Assembly: GCF_000142905.1 (NCBI RefSeq)
Contig: NW_013657649.1
Span: forward strand, 310,001 to 374,000
Direction: 5' to 3'
Origin: Thecamonas trahens ATCC 50062
Lineage: Eukaryota; Protista; Apusomonadida
DNA: 64,000 nt
Shown here: positions 9,577 to 20,716 of the stretch, in pieces
How positions within the stretch are numbered: position 1 is the stretch's first letter
Layout: the number at the start of each line of letters is the position of its first letter
The notes under the pieces: generated by a model
What the model saw: only the letters and a program-made list of their open reading frames with translations
Told to the model about the DNA's origin: nothing
Database searches by the model: none
Program-made: the position numbers and the translations under genes

Positions 9577-12500
9577 ATGGCCATGCCCGAGCCCTCGTCC
9601 GTGGAGGCGCTAGCATCTCTAGTTCTGGCGGTAGAGACCACAGGCGCACCCGACCCTAGTCTCATTGATGCCCTGTTCGAGATGGTACGTCGTGATGTCA
9701 TGCCTGTGGTAGCCGTAGTGGTGGGGACGGGGGGGGGGGGGGGGGGAGGGGGAGGGGGGAGGGGAGGGGTCGACCTACAGTGGGCGGACAGTGGGCGTGG
9801 TGGGGGGAACGGCGACGGAACCATGGCGGACTGGTGGAGAACAGAGCATTGATATCTATGGCAATGTGGTGCAGGGATCAGAACATGGCGATGCGTTCCG
9901 GTTGATTCTGCTGCTGTTCCCCTCGCTCTCGCTCTCGTCGCAGCTTGCTGTTCTCGGCAAGTTCGAGCGGCTGGCTGCAACCTCGTTTGCCAACCTCGCC
10001 GCGCTGACCGATGACGATCTGGGCCTCATCCCGTTCTTGGTCTCGCTAGCGAGCGGCCAGACAGAGACGGCGGCTACGAGCGATGCTGGTGCTGGCGGGG
10101 CCATTGCATCGCTGCTCTCGGCGCTACTGCTGTACGACGTGCGGGTCGCCGACGTCACTGCCCTGCTGCGGGCGCTCAAGCCGACAGCTCGCGGTTTCCG
10201 TCCTCCTGGTCGCAACCACGTGCTGGCGACGCTGACAGCGGTCCTTGGAAAGCCGGAGGATCCGCCGGTGTTTTGGGCCTTTGACGGCCGCGACTCGGGC
10301 CTGGTCCTCCCGGATCTGGCCGGCTGGCCCACTGCTGGCTACTCGGTTGGACTCTGGCTGCGGGTTGAGGAGTTTTTGGGTGGTTCTCGGGTCTTCTCTT
10401 TCCTCTCCGACTCGGGCGCTGGCTTTGAGGCATGCTTTGCAAAGCCTGATGCTGCCGAAATCGCCTCGGGCGCCGTCGACGCCAACGGTTTTGTTCTCGT
10501 TGTCCGCTCCATCTCAACAAAGGGCAAGGACAACTACGAAGCCGGTAAGTTTGTGTTCTCGCTGGGCACGTGGTACCATGTTGTCGTCACCCACCTCTCC
10601 AAGACCTTCTCGAGATCAGCTGTCAACATTTACGCCAATGGGGAGCTTGTCGACACGCTGGCGGTCAAGTACCCTTCGCTCAAGCACGTGCCCATGACCC
10701 AGTGCTCGCTGGCAACCAACGTGGCCGCCATCGGCGCCGGTCGCGCCGCACACTCGCTTCATGGACAGCTCGGCCCGGGCTACCTTTTTGCGCGGGCTCT
10801 CACTGCGTCCGAAGTCGCCCTGCTCTACGCGCTTGGCCCGGCCCGCGTCGTCGCCTTTCCGCTTGCCGGCGATGCGTCGTCATCGGGCGCCGCCGCTTCT
10901 GCTGCCTGGCCAGCCTCGGGCCTGCCTCCCTCGGGCCTGCTCTTTGCTTTTCACCCGCGCGGCTCTGAGAGCTCCCTCTCCACCACCGTGTACAATCTCG
11001 CCCAGCGGCCGGACACGCTGGTTAACCAGGACGCCCACGGCGCCCTGCTCCGCGGCTCGGAGCTGATGTCGGGTACGAGGCTGCGCCACGTCTTCAATGC
11101 TGTCGGCGGCCTTAGCCTCCTCCTCCCGCTCTTTGGCCAGCTTGACCTCCCACCGGCTCCGTCGGACGCCTCTGGTGCGCTCGGCCCGCCGCTGACCGAG
11201 GTCGACGGCGCCGCCCTCTGGGCCCTCGTCGCCCAGCTTGCCATCCGCGACCGCTCCGCTCAGCTCGCGCTCGCGACGCCGCCGACCATGCGCCTTATTG
11301 GCTACCTGCTCACCACCTGCGCTCCGGCCGCGCTGGGCGCCATCCTCCTTCCCACCCTCCCGGGCCTGCTCGACTTTGCCGCCGCCGCCGCGCCGCCGCT
11401 GCGCTTCGAGCTCCTCGACAAGCTCCTGTTGCCGGGCACACTCTGGAGCCACGTGCCCGATGATGCCATGCGCGCCCGCAACGCCCTCATCTCCGTCCGA
11501 GTCAAGGCCTCGCCGGCCTACTTTCGTGCGGCCTTTGGCGTTGGCTACTTTCTCGATGCCATTGCTGACGCCTACCTCGACGTCCCGGAGCGGGCGCTTG
11601 CCCGCCTCGCCACCAGCTCTGGCGCCGCGCCGCCGCTTGCCCGCTCCCCGGATATGCTCCGCGACACTCGTCGTGCCCTGCTCAAGTCAATCAAGAACAT
11701 GGTGGCCGGCGAACATCTGGACGAGGCCGAGCTCGGCGCCCTGCTCCGCTTCCTCATCACCGTCAACGACCCCGAGGCACTTGTCGAGGTCCTACAGCTT
11801 GTGTTGGTCCTTGTCCTCTCCGGCCCCTCGCTCGCCGAGTGGCTGGTCCCGGTCTCGCCGCCGCCACGTGCACTGGTCGCCCTCTTTGCCACCCTCGATC
11901 GGCTGCTCTCGGCCGAGGCATCGGTCCGGACCGGCCTTTTTGCGCTCAAGGTGGCGCTAGCGATCTTTGTGGCACTTGCCCGTGCCTCCTCGCCCAAGAA
12001 GCTCGCCCGGTTTGTGGCCGCCACTGGGTTCGGCCCGGCTATGCTCGAGCCTGCGCTGCGGACCATGACCTTCTCTCCGCTCGCCTACAACATCCTCATG
12101 GCTGCCGTTCTCGGTGATGTCTCGCTCCACCTGCAGGAGACCGCGCTCACGCCCGGCGTTCCAGTTGTCCTCCCGAGCCTCCTCCCGATGGTCCTGGACC
12201 TTGTGGCGCGGTCGACGTCAGCACGAATCAAGGAGCAGGCGCTGCAGGACCTGCTGCTGCTCGCGCGGTACTCGGCCGAGACCCGCGCGAGCCTCATCCA
12301 AATGGCCGGATGGGAGGCCAAACTAGCAGGCGTGGTCATGGCGTCGGTGCTCAACACGGCTGCGGCGGCTCCCGAGCTCGGCTCTGAGGCTGCAAGCTGT
12401 CTTGACGCGAGTGCACTCGCCCGGAACGTGGTATTTGAGCTCGGCGTCAACGTATTTTTCCTCCTCCTTCGCGATGCGCTCGTCGCCAAGGGCGGCGCCC

Positions 12501-15500
12501 GGGCCGTAGAGCGATCGTACTCGGCCCTGCTCGCCTTTGCCGCCGCCACCTCGTCGGGACTCGCTCCGACCTTTGTTCACTCGCTCCTAACTGCGCTCTT
12601 TATCAAGCTCCTCTCCAGTGCCACCCAAGCCACCGAGGCGGTTGCGGCCGTTGCGCCCGGTGCAGGCTCGGCAGCGAGCTCGGGTAGCAATCCGTTTGCT
12701 GAGGCCGACCACCATGTCGCGGTCCATCCCGGCGCGAGCGCGCTCGGCGTCGAGCTGAGTGGCAAGGCTTTGGCGTCGCTGCGGGAGAACATGCCCGGCA
12801 TGGTGGCGCTGGTTGAGGAGCTGGTCTTTGCCTTTCCGTTTGTGCACATGGGGTCAAGCGCCACGCCGCCGCCCACCTACGACGGCTCGACTGGTGCGAG
12901 CAGCGCGGTTCCGCCACCTACGTACGGCGGCGGGCCGTCACGCTCGCAGCCAGCGCACCGCGCGAGCGACAGCAGCATTCCGCGTGATGCCCAGGGTCGC
13001 TGGATCCTGTACGAGGTGGCATGCGCCGCTGTCGACGCCGCGCTCGCGGTCCTCGTTCCACTTCCGCCCGGAGCTGTGACGACGCCGCCAGTGGCGACGC
13101 TCGGCGAGGGCGTGGCCCGCGGGCTGGGCCGGCTACTCGTCGCGGCCATGCAGCAGGTCGACTTTCAGTTTCCGGATGACTCGCGGCTGATGCAGCTGCA
13201 GAACGAGCTTCTGACGTCGGCGGTGACGCTCGGCACGCCGGGAGGGAGCGCATCCAAGTCGACTGCGGTCGCACTGCACGACTACTCCAAGGCCGGCGAG
13301 CTCCATCGCGTGGTGTACTCGCACCTGCGGTCCAAGCTCGCGGCGCGGTCCAAGGAGGCTCGGCGCAAGACGTCGGCCTACGAACGGCTTTTGCGGCAAG
13401 GCTTGGTGCTGATGTGCGGGTGCGGTGAGGCAAGCGCGCTGGCGGCCGGGCGCGTGGCGCCGGCGCCGGCGCTGTCAGGCATGCGCAAGGGCGTGGTGGC
13501 TCAGGCGCTGAGCTTTGCGCTGACTCTCCTTGTGGCGCCGGCGACGGCCTTCCAAGCCGAGGAAGCGATTCAGGGCGTGACCCATCAGTTTGCGGTTGGA
13601 GTTGCGGCCGTCCACCGCCCGTCACTGGTCTCGCTCGACGTGGACGTGAGGCGGGTAGACTGGCGCGATGCCCAAGTCTCGGCGCAGGTTGCTGCCTTTT
13701 GTGCCGCGGTCGGCGAGGCTGTGGACGCCGCAGGCTTTGAGTACGGCGCCGCGGTGGGCGAGACCCGGCATGCGGCCATGCGGACGGTGCAGGCCGAGGC
13801 GAGCCAGGCCGAGGCTGTGACGTGGAAGGAAGTCAAGCTTGCGTCGGCGCTGACAAGCGGGTGGCTTGGCGAGGCAAGCGCGCGCGAGGCCCAGCGACGC
13901 GCGCTCCACTGCCATGCGCTAGTGTACGATGCACGCGACGCGGCCCGGGTGTGGGCGAGCGTGTTCAAAACTCTGACACTATCGACAGCGTCGTGGGCGG
14001 TCCCGCGCTCACTCCGCAAGTTCTCGCTCGACTTGCGCGAGCGCCCCAACCGCGTCCGCATCCGGCTTGTGCTCGACGATCAGGTTCCAGACCACTCGCC
14101 AGCGCTCATTTCCAGCCGGACTCATGGCGGGTCGGGTGGAGGCGACAATGGGCCTGGAACGAGCTCGGAGGCCGGAGGCGGTGCCGACGACGCGCCGCCG
14201 ACGTACGAGGCGCTCGAGGGTCTTGTCATCAACTCGGCGTACGATCCGGCCACCGGTCTCTCGAGCGGGGACAAGGACTCGCGGGTGTTTGGCGACGACG
14301 AGGCCGGGCCGGCCGACGACGACGAGGCCGGCCCGTCGGACGGCGTGCCACAGGCGAGCCGATTCACTGAAGACTCGCTCGTCCTTGTCCCTGCGCGAGT
14401 CATCACCGGGTTTGTTGAGGTGCCTGGCGAGTTTGAGCTGACCTCGTCGCGGATGTTCTTTCGGACGGCACACCCTGCGGCAGACGAAGCACTGGCGAGT
14501 GCCGTGCCCGAGTACTTGCTTGCGTCTGGGAGCCTGCGCGATGAGCTTCTCCGCGACCGGGCGTGGGAGATGGATGCGCTGGCCAAGGTCCACGGGCGGC
14601 GGGTGCTGCTCCGGCCGCGCGGACTCGAGCTGTTCTTTGTGGATGGCTCCTCAGTGCTGCTCGGCTTTGACACTGAAGGCGACCGCAAGACTATTATCCG
14701 GGCGGTGAGCAACCTCAAGCCACGCAACCTGGTGGAGGTGCACGCAGTAGCGCCTGCGCTGCTGGCCAAGGCGGCCAAGGTGACCGAGGCGTGGGTGGCG
14801 CGGGAGATCAGCAACTTTGACTACCTGATGGCGCTCAACACGCTCGCCGGGCGGAGCTACCACGACCTCTCACAGTACCCGGTCTTCCCGTGGGTTCTCG
14901 CCGACTACGAGTCTGAGAAGCTATCGCTTGACGACCATGCCGTCTATCGCGACCTGTCCAAGCCGATTGGGGCACTCGACGCGGAGCGGCTGGCGTACTT
15001 TGAGGAGCGGTACGCGTCGCTGGAGGAGGCGGATCCGTCGGTGCCAGCCTTTCACTACGGCTCGCACTACTCGTCGCCCGGAGTAGTGCTGTACTACCTC
15101 GCGCGGCTCGAGCCGTACACCTCGATGTTTGCGCACTTTAACGGCGGCAAGTTTGACCACGCCGACCGGATGTTCCACTCGATGGCGCGGACGTTCTCGG
15201 GCGTGCTGCACTCGACGGCAGACGTGAAGGAGCTCATTCCAGAGTTCTACTACTTGCCGGAGATGTTCGAGAATGTGAACGAGGTTGATTTCGGGGTGCG
15301 CCAGGACGGGGTCAGGCTCGACAACGTGATTCTCCCGCCGTGGGCCGAGACGCCGCAAGAGTTTGTTGCCATCCACCGGCGGGCGCTCGAGTCCGAGTAC
15401 GTCTCTCAGCACTTGCACGAGTGGATCGACCTCATCTTTGGGTGCAAGCAGTGGGGCGAGGCGGCGGTCGAGGCGCGCAACGTTTTCCACTACATGACCT

Positions 15501-16834
15501 ACGAGGGCGTGGTGGATTTGGAGGCGATCGACGACCCGATGCAGCTGGCGGCGGCCGAGGCGCAGATTGCCAACTTTGGGCAGACGCCGTCGCGGCTGTT
15601 TGACGGCCCGCATCCGGCGCGCGGGCCACGGACGGTGGGCCCGGGCCGCGAGCTCGTGCCGCGGGTGAATCCGGCCAGGCTCTCGTCGTACCTCGGCGAC
15701 GGGCCTGTGCGGGTGAGCGCGGTGCCGGTGGCGGCGGCGCTCGGGCTAGTGGTGCGGACGCCGTCCGCGCTTCGCGGGACGACGGCTGTCCAGCAAGCGC
15801 TGGTGGTGGTCAACGTGGATCAAGAAGTGGTAGTGGCAGTGGCAGAGCCGCCGTCGAGCGAGCGGGTGGCACCGCAGGTCGTGGTGGCGTCAGAGGCGGC
15901 GGTGCCGCTGGGACGGAGCCTTGCGCAGCGGATCGGCGCCGGCGCCGGTGGGCGGCTCGGGCAGTGCGTAGTGGCTGTTGACGCGCACGCGTTTGCCAAC
16001 ACTCGCACGGTGGCGAGTTCTGCGGCGTTCCCCGCGGTGACGCGGGTGCCGCGGTCGTCGCGGAGCAAGCTCGACGGCTGTCCCGAGGTGGTCATTTCGT
16101 GCGGGCACTGGGACAACACGCTGACGGTGACGGCGATCAAGGGCGACGGCGGGGCGCGGGTACTGCAGCGGGTGAGCGTGGGCATGGACTCTGTGATCCA
16201 GTGTGTGGCAGCGTCACGGAGCGGCGGGCTGGTGGCGACCGGATGCGCGCAGTCGCAGGTGCTAGTGTGGTCGCTGGCACCAGGTGCGCATCCGTCGGGT
16301 GCCAAGCGCGGCACAGTGCTTGCGGCGCATCCGCACGCGATGCTGTACGGACATGAGTCGGGAGTTGTGGCGGTGGCGGTGGAGAGCAGCCTCGATGCGG
16401 TGGTCTCGGGCGCAAGCGACGGACGGGTGCTGATGCACTCGCTCTCGGACGGCGAGGTGATGCACGAGCTGGTGGGTGCGGGTGGCGGTGCGGTGGCGTT
16501 TGTCGGCCTCTCTGCGCTCTCGCACGCAGTGAGCTACCACGCCGAGACTGGTGCCGTCCGAGTCTTTGCCTACAACGGGGAGCTTCTGTGCGAAGAGGAA
16601 CTCTCGTCGGGAGCGTCGGCCATGCTTCTCTCGTGCGATGGGCGGTACCTGTACCTGGCCAGCGACGAGGGCGAGGTCGAAGTCCGCGCGCTGCCGCTCC
16701 TTGATCTCGTGCATGTGTACGATGCGGTGAGCACGGAGATCGTGAGTGTGGTGGAGGACTCGAGCGGCGAGTACGTGTACGCGGTGGCCAGCGACGGGCG
16801 GGTGATGGTCGGCGGCGTGGCCGAGTGGCAGTAA
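9577..16834 (+). CDS. BEACH-domain protein (neurobeachin/LRBA/NBEAL-like): ConA/LamG, PH-BEACH, WD40
   Basis: WVAREISNFDYLMALNTLAGRSYHDLSQYPVFPWVLADY, FHYGSHYSS, DVKELIPEFYYLPE, WIDLIFG, NFGQTP, and terminal WD40 repeats. The N-terminal exon (MAMPEPSS...LFEM, 9577-9684) joins ORF 9791-16834 either via intron 9685-9844 (GTACGT...CAG, phase 0) or via a poly-G error. Confidence 0.92.
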
Positions 16835-16863
16835 TGAACTGTAGCGCGCCAGCCTTTACAGGG

Positions 16864-18879
16864 CTACGACGGGATGGTGGTGGAGACGATGGAAATGGGA
16901 TTGAGCGGGCGCGACGAGTCGTCGACAGGCACCTTTTCGATGGCGAGGACGACGTCCAGGCCCTTTGTGACGCGGCCAAAGATGGTGTGCTTGCCGTCGA
17001 GCCAGGGGGTGGGGACGGTTGTGATAAAGAACTGCGAGGCGTTGGTGTTAGGCCCGGCGTTGGCCATGGAGAGGACACCCGGGGCGTCGTGCTTGAGGGT
17101 GGGCACAAACTCGTCGGCAAAGTCTGCGCCCCAGATGGACTCGCCGCCAGTGCCGTCGCCATCGGGGTCGCCGGTCTGGATCATGAACGATTTGATGACG
17201 CGATGGAAGACGACGCCGTCGTAGTACCCATCCGCGCAGTGGGTGGTAAAGTTCTTGACGGCCTTGGGAGCGGCGTCCGGGTAGAGCTCGAGGTGGACGT
17301 CGCCCATGGTGGTGTGGAGGACGACGGCGGCCGGGCCGGCAGCCGAGCCGGTGGCCTGCCCGGCGGCGCCGACGACGGTGACGAGCTCCTCGCGGGTGGG
17401 CTTCTCGTTAAAGACGTCGCGAGCGTCGTCGGCGTCGTCGGTGTCGAGGACAGGCTCGCGCGAGGTGAAGAGGTAGAACCGCGGTTTGCCGTAAGCAGCA
17501 GCAAAAAGGGTGGGGTCCTCGTGGGCGTCGTCGTCGTTGCGGACGGTGGCCATGGCGGACGAGCCTGCGCCGATGCGGACAAGCTTGGGCGCGCCCTGGA
17601 AGAGGGTGAGGGCGAGGAAGCGCTCGGACGACTCGACCTTGCCCAACAGGCGCTCGACGCGATTCGAGCGGAGGTTGACGACCTTGACGCCGGCGAGAGT
17701 CGGGTAGAGGAGGAAGCGCGAGGAGGCATCAAAGACGGCGTTGGAAGGCGGCGGGCCGGGCGGCGGGAGCGAGTCGCCGGCGGCGACGGCGGCGGCGAGG
17801 GCGGCGGCGGCGGCGGCGGCCTCGTTGTCGAGTGCCTTTTCGAGGGCAAAGCGACGGCCAAAGTCGATGTTGTCGAGGACGTAAGGCGAGGCCGGAGTCT
17901 GCTGGGCGCGGGCGACGACGGCGAGTGACTCGTCGTACTCACGGTAGAGCTTGCCGGAGAGGAAGCGGAAGACGCGGACGTGGCGGTCCGAGGCCATGAT
18001 GGCGAAGAGCTTGCCGTTGGGCGAGACGGCGAGCGAGGTGGCGACCGCGCCGGCGTCAGCGAGGGCGTAGAGAGCGGTGTCGCTCTTGAGTTCGTAGTCG
18101 AGGTAGTCGGGGGTGGCGCCATCGACGGGCGACCAGGTCTCGATGCCGCCGGCCATGTCGACCGAGACGACGGCGTCAAAGGCGGCGTTGTAGGCGAGGG
18201 CGGTGATGGGCGCGGTGTGCGGGAGGCGAAGGCGGTGGAGCGAGGCGAGCGGATCGGGCGCAGCCGGATCCAGAAGCCACACGCCAGGCTCTGCGGCATT
18301 GACATCGGCGAGGGCCAGGACGGGCGAGCCTGCGAGGAGCGGCGAGACAAAGGCGGCGGTGAGGACGACAAAAGGGAGCTTGACGATGGCGATCATGTCA
18401 AAGTTGACAATGTCAAAGAGCTTGACGACATGGCCATGAGCATGCTCAGCCGACTCGCCCACCACCACCAGCCGCCTCCCGCAGACAGAGACGGCCAGAG
18501 CCCGGAGCGATGCCGAGAGAGCCTTGTACTGCTTGACAAACTCGATGCCTGCAGGCGTCTTGTACCAGAACTTGACCACGCCATCCTGGGAGGCAGTGAT
18601 GAGGTAGTCGGTGTGGGAGACGGCGAGTGCTGCCACAGGCGTCCGATGCATGTACGACCGCTCGTACATGGTGGCCTTGGGCAGTCGGGCCAGGGCCTCA
18701 CTCCCTGGCGCCGACGAGGAGGTGGTGGTGGTGGAGGTGGAGGGTGTGGCCGTGGTGGCCGAGGTGGACGACTTGCGTGACCTGCGTCGCCGCCGGCTGG
18801 AGTGTGCCAGTGGCTTGGCCTTCTTGGTGGCGGTGGGGTTGGGCGCAGGGGGTGAGGGTGACCGCTTGCGGCGGGGCAT
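16864..18879 (-). CDS. PPWD1: Peptidylprolyl isomerase domain and WD-repeat protein 1 (CYP71-like)
   Basis: LPKATMYERSYMHR, YLITASQDGVVKFW, RDVFNEKPTREE, followed by cyclophilin domain FHRVIKSFMIQTGDP, SMANAGPNTNASQFFITTVPTPWLDGKHTIFGRV; 671 aa from ATG 18879. Confidence 0.95.
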   Translation of the reverse strand: MPRRKRSPSPPAPNPTATKKAKPLAHSSRRRRRSRKSSTSATTATPSTSTTTTSSSAPGSEALARLPKATMYERSYMHRTPVAALAVSHTDYLITASQDGVVKFWYKTPAGIEFVKQYKALSASLRALAVSVCGRRLVVVGESAEHAHGHVVKLFDIVNFDMIAIVKLPFVVLTAAFVSPLLAGSPVLALADVNAAEPGVWLLDPAAPDPLASLHRLRLPHTAPITALAYNAAFDAVVSVDMAGGIETWSPVDGATPDYLDYELKSDTALYALADAGAVATSLAVSPNGKLFAIMASDRHVRVFRFLSGKLYREYDESLAVVARAQQTPASPYVLDNIDFGRRFALEKALDNEAAAAAAALAAAVAAGDSLPPPGPPPSNAVFDASSRFLLYPTLAGVKVVNLRSNRVERLLGKVESSERFLALTLFQGAPKLVRIGAGSSAMATVRNDDDAHEDPTLFAAAYGKPRFYLFTSREPVLDTDDADDARDVFNEKPTREELVTVVGAAGQATGSAAGPAAVVLHTTMGDVHLELYPDAAPKAVKNFTTHCADGYYDGVVFHRVIKSFMIQTGDPDGDGTGGESIWGADFADEFVPTLKHDAPGVLSMANAGPNTNASQFFITTVPTPWLDGKHTIFGRVTKGLDVVLAIEKVPVDDSSRPLNPISIVSTTIPS

Positions 18880-19602
18880 GGTGAGGTGGGGGGGGGGTGG
18901 GGGTGGGGGGTGGGGGGAGTCGACGAAGTGGTGGANNNNNNNNNNNNNNNNNNNNNNNNNNNNNNNNNNNNNNNNNNNNNNNNNNNNNNNNNNNNNNNNN
19001 NNNNNNNNNNNNNNNNNNNNNNNNNNNNNNNNNNNNNNNNNNNNNNNNNNNNNNNNNNNNNNNNNNNNNNNNNNNNNNNNNNNNNNNNNNNNNNNNNNNN
19101 NNNNNNNNNNNNNNNNNNNNNNNNNNNNNNNNNNNNNNNNNNNNNNNNNNNNNNNNNNNNNNNNNNNNNNNNNNNNNNNNNNNNNNNNNNNNNNNNNNNN
19201 NNNNNNNNNNNNNNNNNNNNNNNNNNNNNNNNNNNNNNNNNNNNNNNNNNNNNNNNNNNNNNNNNNNNNNNNNNNNNNNNNNNNNNNNNNNNNNNNNNNN
19301 NNNNNNNNNNNNNNNNNNNNNNNNNNNNNNNNNNNNNNNNNNNNNNNNNNNNNNNNNNNNNNNNNNNNNNNNNNNNNNNNNNNNNNNNNNNNNNNNNNNN
19401 NNNNNNNNNNNNNNNNNNNNNNNNNNNNNNNNNNNNNNNNNNNNNNNNNNNNNNNNNNNNNNNNNNNNNNNNNNNNNNNNNNNNNNNNNNNNNNNNNNNN
19501 NNNNNNNNNNNNNNNNNNNNNNNNNNNNNNNNNNNNNNNNTGGGGGGGCCACCACAGCCACAGCCAGGGACACCTTGGACAGCACAGCCACCATAGACTC
19601 AC

Positions 19603-19690
19603 CACACACACACACACACACATACACACATACACACATACACACACACATACACACACACATACACACATACACACACATATACACACA
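19603..19690 (+). repeat. (CA)n/(CATA) microsatellite inside SAE1 intron
   Basis: Directly visible cacacacata-type array between branch-like GACTCAC (19596-19602) and the acceptor. Confidence 0.9.
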
Positions 19691-19696
19691 TTACAG

Positions 19697-20705
19697 GCGT
19701 GGCCGCACAGCAGGCGCTCGGGTCGGCCCGGGTGGCCATGGTCGGCTGCGACGGCCTGCACGGCGAGGTGGCCAAGAACCTGGTCCTGGCCGGCGTGGGC
19801 GCACTGGCGGTGTACGATGGCTGCTGCGTGGAAGAGGCCCATCTCGTGCCGCATGTTCTCCTCAACGGTGCTGATGCAGAGTCCATCGTCGGCTCCAGGA
19901 TGGACGCCGCTGTGGCTCCGGCTCTGGCTGAGCTCAATCCGCGGGTCGACGTCGTCGTCCTTGACCAGGCCGAGCTTACCGCAGACGCCCTGGCCAAGGC
20001 CGGCACCTCGGTTGTGCTCATCGGTGGCCTGCTGAGCGAGAATCCGCCTCTCCCGCCAAAGACGCCCTGGCTCTGGCCGACGCGCTGCACGACGCTGGCC
20101 TGGCCGTCTTTGTCTCGGGCGGCATGGGCATGGCCGGCTTCTTCCTCGCCGATCCGGGTGAGGCCTTTCACTACCTTGACACCAAGGCCGCCCGCAACGT
20201 CGCCGATGAGGCCGACGCCTCGCGCATCGCCTCGTACGTCCGCATCTCCGCCGCCATCCACGACTACCCGCTCTCGTCGCCAGCGCTCCGCCGCGCGCCC
20301 GAGCTCGCCTTTGCCATCGTCGCTCTCCTCCGCGCCGCAGCATCCGGCGCAGAGCCCGATCACGCTCGCCAGCTCTGGGCCGCTGCCGGCCCATTTGCGC
20401 GCCCCTCAGTGACCGATGCCACGCTCGAGCGGGCTGCTGCCGCCGCCAAGCTCGGCGCCTCGTTTGCCCCGGTCTCGGCCCTGGTCGGCGGCTTCCTCGC
20501 TCAGGACGTACTCAAGGTGGTGACCCACCGCGACGCCCCGGTCAACAACATGTTTATCTACGAGCCGCTCGGCGCCGACGGCCAGATTGTGCGGCTGCAT
20601 GCGCAGGCCGACGTCGCTCCGCAGGTCCGCAATACCACCGTTGCCGTCGCCCTTGACGCCGACGACTCTCTCGCTCCCACTCCCGCTCCCATGACCATCG
20701 AGTGA
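19697..20705 (+). CDS. SAE1: SUMO-activating enzyme subunit 1 (AOS1, ThiF family), last exon; apparent frameshift at ~20052-20054
   Basis: After acceptor TTACAG (19691-19696): (G)VAAQQALGSARVAMVGCDGLHGEVAKNLVLAGVG...LAELNPRVDV; C-terminus FAPVSALVGGFLAQDVLKVVTHRDAPVNNMFIY matches SAE1. One missing C restores ...PLPAKDALALADALH. First exon presumably in the gap. Confidence 0.85.
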
Positions 20706-20716
20706 GAAGAAGCCAG

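Noticed and set aside
16864-20394. ORF-track entries spanning N-gaps (e.g. 1176 aa at 16864-20394, 720 aa at 50996-53158)
   Set aside because: Artefacts of reading through Ns; real starts are nearer (18879, 52256).
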